Origin: Auanema rhodensis
Taxonomy: Eukaryota; Animalia; Nematoda
DNA: 64,000 bases
Direction of reading: 5' to 3'
Assembly: GCA_964057225.1 (NCBI GenBank)
Contig: OZ059895.1
Location: 22,506,001-22,570,000 of the forward strand
The translations under genes were made by a program, and so were the position numbers. The first letter of the stretch is position 1. The number at the start of each line of letters is the position of its first letter. The notes beneath the pieces were generated by a model. That model did not search any database. It had not been told where the DNA came from and was given only the letters and a program-made list of their open reading frames with translations. Below are positions 14,784 to 26,399 of this stretch, one piece after another.

Positions 14784-17700
14784 TAGATTCCCCATTTCCA
14801 TATTAGTCTAAAAACAATATTTTATTGATATTGGTGCATGGCAACCATGACTTTAAAATTTACGTGAACTTTAATTTATGCTAATTAAGTGTACACATGA
14901 TGTGCACTTGGTATGTAACTCGCTTCACGTCAAAGATAAAGAGATGCGGTTTTCAAAATTAGATTCCCCATGTCCATATTAGTCTAAAAACAAATTTTTA
15001 TTAATATTGGTGCATGGTAACCATGACTTTGAAATTTACGTGAACTTTAATTTATGCTAATTAAGTGTACACATGAAGTGCGCTTGGTATGTAACTCGCT
15101 TCACGTGAAAGATAAAGAGATGCGGTTTTCAAAATTAGATTCCTCATGTCCATACTAGTCTAAAAACGAATTTTTATTGATATTGATGCATGGTAACCAT
15201 GACTTTGAAATTTACGTGAACTTTAATTTATGCTTATTAAGTGTACACGTGATGTGCACTTGGTATGTAACTTGCTTCACGTGAAAGATAAAGGGATGCG
15301 GTTTTCAAAATTAGATTCCCCATGTCCATATTAGTCTAAAAACAAATTTTTATTAATATTGGTGCATGGTAACCATGACTTTGAAATTTACGTGAACTTT
15401 AATTTATGCTAATTAAGTGTACACATGATGTGCGCTTGGTATGTAACTCGCTTCACGTGAAAGATAAAGAGATGCGGTTTTCAAAATTAGATTCCCCATT
15501 TCCATATTAGTCTAAAAACAAATTTTTATTGATATTGGTGGATGGTAACCATGACTTTGTAATTTACGTGAACTTTAATTTATGCTAATTAAGTGTACAC
15601 ATGATGTGCACTTGGTATGTAACTCGCTTCACGTCAAAGATAAAGAGATGCGGTTTTCAAAATTAGATTCCCCATGTCCATATTAGTCTAAAAACAAATT
15701 TTTGTTGATATTGGTGGATGGTAACCATGACTTTGTAATTTACGTGAACTTTAATTTATGCTAATTAAGTGTACACATGATGTGCGCTTGGTATGTAACT
15801 CGCTTCACGTGAAAGATAAAGAGATGCGGTTTTCAAAATTAGATTCCTCATGTCCATACTAGTCTAAAAACGAATTTTTATTGATATTGATGCATGGTAA
15901 CCATGACTTTGAAATTTACGTGAACTTTAATTTATGCTTATTAAGTGTACACGTGATGTGCACTTGGTATGTAACTTGCTTCACGTGAAAGATAAAGGGA
16001 TACCGTTTTCAAAATTAGATTCCCCATGTCCATATTAGTCTGAAAACAAATTTTTGTTGATATTGGTGGATGGTAACCATGACTTTGTAATTTACGTGAA
16101 CTTTAATTTATGCTAATTAAGTGTACACGTGATGTGCACTTGGTATGTAACTTGCTTCACGTGAAAGAAAAAGGGATGCGGTTTTCAAAATTAGATTCCG
16201 CATTTCCATATTAGTCTAAAAACAATATTTTATTGATATTGGTGCATGGCAACCATGACTTTAAAATTTACGTGAACTTTAATTTATGCTAATTAAGTGT
16301 ACACATGATGTGCACTTGGTATGTAACTCGCTTCACGTCAAAGATAAAGAGATGCGGTTTTCAAAATTAGATTCCCCATGTCCATATTAGTCTAAAAACA
16401 AATTTTTATTAATATTGGTGCATGGTAACCATGACTTTGAAATTTACGTGAACTTTAATTTATGCTAATTAAGTGTACACATGAAGTGCGCTTGGTATGT
16501 AACTCGCTTCACGTGAAAGATAAAGAGATGCGGTTTTCAAAATTAGATTCCTCATGTCCATACTAGTCTAAAAACGAATTTTTATTGATATTGATGCATG
16601 GTAACCATGACTTTGAAATTTACGTGAACTTTAATTTATGCTTATTAAGTGTACACGTGATGTGCACTTGGTATGTAACTTGCTTCACGTGAAAGATAAA
16701 GGGATGCGGTTTTCAAAATTAGATTCCCCATGTCCATATTAGTCTAAAAACAAATTTTTGTTGATATTGGTGGATGGTAACCATGACTTTGTAATTTACG
16801 TGAACTTTAATTTATGCTAATTAAGTGTACACGTGATGTGCACTCGGTATGTAACTTGCTTCACGTGAAAGATAAAGGGATGCGGTTTTCAAAATTAGAT
16901 TCCGCATTTCCATATTAGTCTAAAAACAATATTTTATTGATATTGGTGCATGGCAACCATGACTTTAAAATTTACGTGAACTTTAATTTATGCTAATTAA
17001 GTGTACACATGATGTGCACTTGGTATGTAACTCGCTTCACGTCAAAGATAAAGAGATGCGGTTTTCAAAATTAGATTCCCCATGTCCATATTAGTCTAAA
17101 AACAAATTTTTATTAATATTGGTGCATGGTAACCATGACTTTGAAATTTACGTGAACTTTAATTTATGCTAATTAAGTGTACACATGAAGTGCGCTTGGT
17201 ATGTAACTCGCTTCACGTGAAAGATAAAGAGATGCGGTTTTCAAAATTAGATTCCTCATGTCCATACTAGTCTAAAAACGAATTTTTATTGATATTGATG
17301 CATGGTAACCATGACTTTGAAATTTACGTGAACTTTAATTTATGCTTATTAAGTGTACACGTGATGTGCACTTGGTATGTAACTTGCTTCACGTGAAAGA
17401 TAAAGGGATGCGGTTTTCAAAATTAGATTCCCCATGTCCATATTAGTCTAAAAACAAATTTTTATTAATATTGGTGCATGGTAACCATGACTTTGAAATT
17501 TACGTGAACTTTAATTTATGCTAATTAAGTGTACACATGATGTGCGCTTGGTATGTAACTCGCTTCACGTGAAAGATAAAGAGATGCGGTTTTCAAAATT
17601 AGATTCCCCATTTCCATATTAGTCTAAAAACAATATTTTATTGATATTGGTGCATGGCAACCATGACTTTAAAATTTACGTGAACTTTAATTTATGCTAA

Positions 17701-18655
17701 TTAAGTGTACACATGATGTGCACTTGGTATGTAACTCGCTTCACGTCAAAGATAAAGAGATGCGGTTTTCAAAATTAGATTCCCCATGTCCATATTAGTC
17801 TAAAAACAAATTTTTATTAATATTGGTGCATGGTAACCATGACTTTGAAATTTACGTGAACTTTAATTTATGCTAATTAAGTGTACACATGATGTGCGCT
17901 TGGTATGTAACTCGCTTCACGTGGAAGATAAAGAGATGCGGTTTTCAAAATTAGATTCCTCATGTCCATACTAGTCTAAAAACGAATTTTTATTGATATT
18001 GATGCATGGTAACCATGACTTTGAAATTTACGTGAACTTTAATTTATGCTTATTAAGTGTACACGTGATGTGCACTTGGTATGTAACTTGCTTCACGTGA
18101 AAGATAAAGGGATACGGTTTTCAAAATTAGATTCCCCATGTCCATATTAGTCTAAAAACAAATTTTTGTTGATATTGGTGGATGGTAACCATGACTTTGT
18201 AATTTACGTGAACTTTAATTTATGCTAATTAAGTGTACACGTGATGTGCACTTGGTATGTAACTTGCTTCACGTGAAAGATAAAGGGATGCGGTTTTCAA
18301 AATTAGATTCCCCATTTCCATATTAGTCTAAAAACAATATTTTATTGATATTGGTGCATGGCAACCATGACTTTAAAATTTACGTGAACTTTAATTTATG
18401 CTAATTAAGTGTACACATGATGTGCACTTGGTATGTAACTCGCTTCACGTCAAAGATAAAGAGATGCGGTTTTCAAAATTAGATTCCCCATGTCCATATT
18501 AGTCTAAAAACAAATTTTTATTAATATTGGTGCATGGTAACCATGACTTTGAAATTTACGTGAACTTTAATTTATGCTAATTAAGTGTACACATGAAGTG
18601 CGCTTGGTATGTAACTCGCTTCACGTGAAAGATAAAGAGATGCGGTTTTCAAAAT
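13376..18655. repeat. 8-monomer (1408-bp) higher-order repeat of the 176-bp satellite
   Basis: The marker CATGAAGTGCGC is at 13664, 15072, 16480, 17184 and 18592 (spacings 1408, 1408, 704, 1408). It also occurs at 2401 and 11024. Confidence 0.85.
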
Positions 18656-19349
18656 TAGATTCCCCATGTCCATATTAGTCTAAAAACAAATTTTTATTAA
18701 TATTGGTGCATGGTAACCATGACTTTGAAATTTACGTGAACTTTAATTTATGCTTATTAAGTGTACACGTGATGTGCACTTGGTATGTAACTTGCTTCAC
18801 GTGAAAGATAAAGGGATGCGGTTTTCAAAATTAGATTCCCCATGTCCATATTAGTCTAAAAACAAATTTTTGTTGATATTGGTGGATGGTAACCATGACT
18901 TTGTAATTTACGTGAACTTTAATTTATGCTAATTAAGTGTACACATGATGTGCGCTTGGTATGTAACTCGCTTCACGTGAAAGATAAAGAGATGCGGTTT
19001 TCAAAATTAGATTCCTCATGTCCATATTAGTCTAAAAACGAATTTGTATTGATATTGATGCATGGTAACCATGACTTTGTAATTTACGTGAACTTTAATT
19101 TATGCTTATTAAGTGTACACGTGATGTGCACTTGGTATGTAACTTGCTTCACGTGAAAGATAAAGGGATGCGGTTTTCAAAATTAGATTCCCCATGTCCA
19201 TATTAGTCTAAAAACGAATTTTTATTGATATTGATGCATGGTAACCATGACTTTGTAATTTACGTGAACTTTAATTTATGCTAATTAAGTGTACACATGA
19301 TGTGCGCTTGGTATGTAACTCGCTTCACGTGAAAGATAAAGAGATGCGG

Positions 19350-19405
19350 TTTTCAAAATTAGATTTTTTGATAATTTAATTTTTGTATTGAGGGTTTCTA
19401 ATGTA
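19350..19405. other. Direct junction between the 176-bp and 351-bp satellites
   Basis: 176-mer sequence (...gatgcggttttcaaaattagatt) ends at 19365. It is followed by ttttgataatttaatttttgtattgagggtttctaatgtag, a degenerate version of the 351-mer cataactaatttttgtattgagcgtttctcaatgtag. Confidence 0.95.
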
Positions 19406-22400
19406 GTATAGTGCATTCGATGCGGATTTTTAAGCTGCGTCGATCTGTGTTATCAGATTTGCGCTAGCTTAAAAATGCACCGAGATATCAACTGATATAA
19501 GTTCACACTTATATCCTCGATTTTCACCCTGAAGAATTAATTTTTTCGTTGAATAACATTGTCCATCGTCTTTGCCTTGAAAAAAAAAATCTGAAAACAT
19601 CTACTTTTTGCTAAATTATTTTGAAATTTTTCGAAAAAATTTTTGTCAAAATGTTTTTGGAAGCAATGTTGAGTGTACATGGAAACTCAACATACACTAA
19701 TGCATCATTTTTCAAACGATCATAACTAATTTTTGTATTGAGCGTTTCTCAATGTTGTATAGTGCATTCGATGCGGATTTTTAAGCTGCGTCGATCTGTG
19801 TTATCAGATTTGCGCTAGCTTAAAAATGCACCGAGATATCAACTGATATAAGTTCACACTTATATCCTCGATTTTCACCCTAAAGAATTAATTTTTTCGT
19901 TGAATAACAATGTCCATCGTTTTTGCCTTGAAAAAAGGAATCTAAAAACATCTACTTTTTGCTAAATTATTTTGAAATTTTTCGAAAAAATTTTTGTCAA
20001 AATGTTTTTGGAAGCAATGTTAGAGTGTACATGGAAACTCAACATACACTAATGCATCATTTTTCAAACGATCATAACTAATTTTTGTTTTGAGCGTTTC
20101 TCAATGTAGTATAGTGCATTCGATGCGGATTTTTAAGCTGCGTCGATCTGTGTTATCAGATTTGCGCTAGCTTAAAAATGCACCGAGATATCAACTGATA
20201 TAAGTGCACACTTATATCCTCGATTTTCACCCTGAAGAATTAATTTTTTCGTTGAATAACATTGTCCATCGTCTTTGCCTTGAAAAAAAAAATCTGAAAA
20301 CATCTACTTTTTGCTAAATTATTTTGAAATTTTTGTCAAAATGTTTTTGGAAGCAATGTTGAGTGTACATGGAAACTCAACATACACTAATGCATCATTT
20401 TTCAAACGATCATAACTAATTTTTGTATTGAGCGTTTCTCAATGTTATATAGTGCATTCGATGCGGATTTTTAAGCTGCGTCGATCTGTGTTATCAGATT
20501 TGCGCTAGCTTAAAAATGCACCGAGATATCAACTGATATAAGTTCACACTTATATCCTCGATTTTCACCCTGAAGAATTAATTTTTTCGTTGAATAACAA
20601 TGTCCATCGTTTTTGCCTTGAAAAAAGGAATCTAAAAACATCTACTTTTTGCTAAATTATTTTGAAATTTCTCGAAAAAATTTTTGTCAAAATGTTTTTG
20701 GAAGCAATGTTAGAGTGTACATGGAAACTCAACATACACTAATGCATCATTTTTCAAACGATCATAACTAATTTTTGTATTGAGCGTTTCTCAATGTAGT
20801 ATAGTGCATTCGATGCGGATTTTTAAGCTGCGTCGATCTGTGTTATCAGATTTGCGCTAGCTTAAAAATGCACCGAGATTCAACTGATATAAGTGCACAC
20901 TTATATCCTCGATTTTCACCCTGAAGAATTAATTTTTTCGTTGAATAACATTGTCCATCGTCTTTGCCTTGAAAAAAAGAATCTGAAAACATCTACTTTT
21001 TGCTAAATTATCTTGAAATTTTTCGAAAAAATTTTTGTCAAAATGTTTTTGGAAGCAATGTTGAGTGTACATGGAAACTCAACATACACTAATGCATCAT
21101 TTTTCAAACGATCATAACTAATTTTTGTACTAAGCGTTTCTCAATGTAGTATAGTGCATTCGATGCGGATTTTTAAGCTGCGTCGATCTGTGTTATCAGA
21201 TTTGCGCTAGCTTAAAAATGCACCAAGATATCAACTGATATAAGTTCACACTTATATCCTCGATTTTCACCCTGAAGAATTAATTTTTTCGTTGAATAAC
21301 AATGTCCATCGTCTTTGTCTTGAAAAAAGGAATCTAAAAACATATACTTTTTGCTAAATTATTTTGAAATTTTTCGAAAAAAGTTTTGTCAAAATGTTTT
21401 TGGAAGCAATGTTGAGTGTACATGGAAACTCAACATACACTAATGCATCATTTTTCAAACGATCATAACTAATTTTTGTATTGAGCGTTTCTCAATGTAG
21501 TATAGTGCATTCGATGCGGATTTTTAAGCTGCGTCGATCTGTGTTATCAGATTTGCGCTAGCTTAAAAATGCACCGAGATATCAACTGATATAAGTTCAC
21601 ACTTATATCCTCGATTTTCACCCTGAAGAATTAATTTTTTCGTTGAATAACATTGTCCATCGTCTTTGCCTTGAAAAAAAGAATCTGAAAACATCTACTT
21701 TTTGCTAAATTATCTTGAAATTTTTCGAAAAAATTTTTGTCAAAATGTTTTTGGAAGCAATGTTAGAGTGTACATGGAAACTCAACATACACTAATGCAT
21801 CATTTTTCAAACGATCATAACTAATTTTTGTATTGAGCGTTTCTCAATGTTGTATAGTGCATTCGATGCGGATTTTTAAGCTGCGTCGATCTGTGTTATC
21901 AGATTTGCGCTAGCTTAAAAATGCACCGAGATATCAACTGATATAAGTTCACACTTATATCCTCGATTTTCACCCTAAAGAATTAATTTTTTCGTTGAAT
22001 AACAATGTCCATCGTTTTTGCCTTGAAAAAAGGAATCTAAAAACATCTACTTTTTGCTAAATTATTTTGAAATTTTTCGAAAAAATTTTTGTCAAAATGT
22101 TTTTGGAAGCAATGTTAGAGTGTACATGGAAACTCAACATACACTAATGCATCATTTTTCAAACGATCATAACTAATTTTTGTTTTGAGCGTTTCTCAAT
22201 GTAGTATAGTGCATTCGATGCGGATTTTTAAGCTGCGTCGATCTGTGTTATCAGATTTGCGCTAGCTTAAAAATGCACCGAGATATCAACTGATATAAGT
22301 TCACACTTATATCCTCGATTTTCACCCTGAAGTATTAATTTTTTCGTTGAATAACATTGTCCATCGTCTTTGCCTTGAAAAAAAAAATCTGAAAACATCT

Positions 22401-25400
22401 ACTTTTTGCTAAATTATTTTGAAATTTTTGTCAAAATGTTTTTGGAAGCAATGTTGAGTGTACATGGAAACTCAACATACACTAATGCATCATTTTTCAA
22501 ACGATCATAACTAATTTTTGTATTGAGTGTTTCTCAATGTTATATAGTGCATTCGATGCGGATTTTTAAGCTGCGTCGATCTGTGTTATCAGATTTGCGC
22601 TAGCTTAAAAATGCACCGAGATATCAACTGATATAAGTTCACACTTATATCCTCGATTTTCACCCTGAAGAATTAATTTTTTCGTTGAATAACAATGTCC
22701 ATCGTTTTTGCCTTGAAAAAAGGAATCTAAAAACATCTACTTTTTGCTAAATTATTTTGAAATTTTTCGAAAAAATTTTTGTCAAAATGTTTTTGGAAGC
22801 AATGTTAGAGTGTACATGGAAACTCAACATACACTAATGCATCATTTTTCAAACGATCATAACTAATTTTTGTATTGAGCGTTTCTCAATGTAGTATAGT
22901 GCATTCGATGCGGATTTTTAAGCTGCGTCGATCTGTGTTATCAGATTTGCGCTAGCTTAAAAATGCACCGAGATATCAACTGATATAAGTGCACACTTAT
23001 ATCCTCGATTTTCACCCTGAAGAATTAATTTTTTCGTTGAATAACATTGTCCATCGTCTTTGCCTTGAAAAAAAAAATCTGAAAACATCTACTTTTTGCT
23101 AAATTATTTTGAATATTTTGGAAAAAATTTTTGTCAAAATGTTTTTGGAAGCAATGTTGAGTGTACATGGAAACTCAACATACACTAATGCATCATTTTT
23201 CAAACGATCATAACTAATTTTTGTATTGAGCGTTTCTCAATGTTATATAGTGCATTCGATGCGGATTTTTAAGCTGCGTCGATCTGTGTTATCAGATTTG
23301 CGCTAGCTTAAAAATGCACCGAGATATCAACTGATATAAGTTCACACTTATATCCTCGAATTTCACCCTGAAGAATTAATTTTTTCGTTGAATAACAATG
23401 TCCATCGTTTTTGCCTTGAAAAAAGGAATCTAAAAACATCTACTTTTTGCTAAATTATTTTGAAATTTTTCGAAAAAATTTTTGTCAAAATGTTTTTGGA
23501 AGCAATGTTAGAGTGTACATGGAAACTCAACATACACTAATGCATCATTTTTCAAACGATCATAACTAATTTTTGTATTGAGCGTTTCTCAATGTAGTAT
23601 AGTGCATTCGATGCGGATTTTTAAGCTGCGTCGATCTGTGTTATCAGATTTGCGCTAGCTTAAAAATGCACCGAGATTCAACTGATATAAGTGCACACTT
23701 ATATCCTCGATTTTCACCCTGAAGAATTAATTTTTTCGTTGAATAACATTGTCCATCGTCTTTGCCTTGAAAAAAAGAATCTGAAAACATCTACTTTTTG
23801 CTAAATTATCTTGAAATTTTTCGAAAAAATTTTTGTCAAAATGTTTTTGGAAGCAATGTTGAGTGTACATGGAAACTCAACATACACTAATGCATCATTT
23901 TTCAAACGATCATAACTAATTTTTGTACTAAGCGTTTCTCAATGTAGTATAGTGCATTCGATGCGGATTTTTAAGCTGCGTCGATCTGTGTTATCAGATT
24001 TGCGCTAGCTTAAAAATGCACCAAGATATCAACTGATATAAGTTCACACTTATATCCTCGATTTTCACCCTGAAGAATTAATTTTTTCGTTGAATAACAA
24101 TGTCCATCGTTTTTGCCTTGAAAAAAGGAATCTAAAAACATCTACTTTTTGCTAAATTATTTTGAAATTTTTCGAAAAAATTTTTGTCAAAATGTTTTTG
24201 GAAGCAATGTTAGAGTGTACATGGAAACTCAACATACACTAATGCATCATTTTTCAAACGATCATAACTAATTTTTGTATTGAGCGTTTCTCAATGTAGT
24301 ATAGTGCATTCGATGCGAATTTTTAAGCTGCGTCGATCTGTGTTATCAGATTTGCGCTAGCTTGAAAATGCACCGAGATATCAACTGATATAAGTTCACA
24401 CTTATATCCTCGATTTTCACCCTGAAGAATTAATTTTTTCGTTGAATAACATTGTCCATCGTCTTTGCCTTGAAAAAAAGAATCTGAAAACATCTACTTT
24501 TTGCTAAATTATCTTGAAATTTTTCGAAAAAATTTTTGTCAAAATGTTTTTGGAAGCAATGTTGAGTGTACATGGAAACTCAACATACACTAATGCATCA
24601 TTTTTCAAACGATCATAACTAATTTTTGTACTAAGCGTTTCTCAATGTAGTATAGTGCATTCGATGCGGATTTTTAAGCTGCGTCGATCTGTGTTATCAG
24701 ATTTGCGCTAGCTTAAAAATGCACCAAGATATCAACTGATATAAGTTCACACTTATATCCTCGATTTTCACCCTGAAGAATTAATTTTTTCGTTGAATAA
24801 CAATGTCCATCGTTTTTGCCTTGAAAAAAGGAATCTAAAAACATCTACTTTTTGCTAAATTATTTTGAAATTTTTCGAAAAAATTTTTGTCAAAATGTTT
24901 TTGGAAGCAATGTTAGAGTGTACATGGAAACTCAACATACACTAATGCATCATTTTTCAAACGATCATAACTAATTTTTGTATTGAGCGTTTCTCAATGT
25001 AGTATAGTGCATTCGATGCGAATTTTTAAGCTGCGTCGATCTGTGTTATCAGATTTGCGCTAGCTTGAAAATGCACCGAGATATCAACTGATATAAGTTC
25101 ACACTTATATCCTCGATTTTCACCCTGAAGAATTAATTTTTTCGTTGAATAACATTGTCCATCGTCTTTGCCTTGAAAAAAAGAATCTGAAAACATCTAC
25201 TTTTTGCTAAATTATCTTGAAATTTTTCGAAAAAATTTTTGTCAAAATGTTTTTGGAAGCAATGTTAGAGTGTACATGGAAACTCAACATACACTAATGC
25301 ATCATTTTTCAAACGATCATAACTAATTTTTGTATTGAGCGTTTCTCAATGTAGTATAGTGCATTCGATGCGGATTTTTAAGCTGCGTCGATCTGTGTTA

Positions 25401-26399
25401 TCAGATTTGCGCTAGCTTAAAAATGCACCGAGATTCAACTGATATAAGTGCACACTTATATCCTCGATTTTCACCCTGAAGAATTAATTTTTTCGTTGAA
25501 TAACATTGTCCATCGTCTTTGCCTTGAAAAAAAGAATCTGAAAACATCTACTTTTTGCTAAATTATTTTGAAATTTTTCGAAAAAATTTTTGTCAAAATG
25601 TTTTTGGAAGCAATGTTGAGTGTACATGGAAACTCAACATACACTAATGCATCATTTTTCAAACGATCATAACTAATTTTTGTATTATTCGTTTCTCAAT
25701 GTAGTATAGTGCATTCTATGCGGATTTTTAAGCTGCGTCGATCTGTATTATCAGATTTGCGCTAGCTTAAAAATGCACCGAGATATCAACTGATATAAGT
25801 TCACACTTATATCCTCGATTTTCACCCTGAAGAATTAATTTTTTCGTTGAATAACATTGTCCATCGTCTTTGCCTTGAAGAAAGAATCTGAAAACATCTA
25901 CTTTTTGCTAAATTATTTTGAAATTTTTCGAAAAAAGTTTTGTCAAAATGTTTTTGGAAGCAATGTTGAGTGTACATGGAAACTCAACATACACTAATGC
26001 ATCATTTTTCAAACGATCATAACTAATTTTTGTATTGAGCGTTTCTCAATGTAGTATAGTGCATTCGATGCGGATTTTTAAGCTGCGTCGATCTGTATTA
26101 TCAGATTTGCGCTAGCTTAAAAATGCACCGAGATATCAACTGATATAAGTTCACACTTATATCCTCGATTTTCACCCTGAAGAATTAATTTTTTCGTTGA
26201 ATAACATTGTCCATCGTCTTTGCCTTGAAGAAAGAATCTGAAAACATCTACTTTTTGCTAAATTATTTTGAAATTTTTCGAAAAAAGTTTTGTCAAAATG
26301 TTTTTGGAAGCAATGTTGAGTGTACATGGAAACTCAACATACACTAATGCATCATTTTTCAAACGATCATAACTAATTTTTGTATTGAGCGTTTCTCAA

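Larger units (their letters stand above)
1..19365. repeat. 176-bp tandem satellite array, 110 monomers, open at the left window edge
   Basis: The monomer start TAGATTCC(C/T)C recurs at 1, 177, 353 ... 881, 1761 ... 8801 (period 176). After a 1-bp deletion near 9357 it recurs at 9680 ... 19360. Consensus: tagattccccatgtccatattagtctaaaaacaaatttttattgatattggtgcatggtaaccatgactttgaaatttacgtgaactttaatttatgctaattaagtgtacacatgatgtgcacttggtatgtaactcgcttcacgtgaaagataaagagatgcggttttcaaaat. Confidence 0.99.

Noticed and set aside
19545-19562. CENP-B-box-like TTTCGTTGAATAAC
   Set aside because: It matches the TTCG and the A of NTTCGNNNNANNCGGGN but lacks the essential CGGG.
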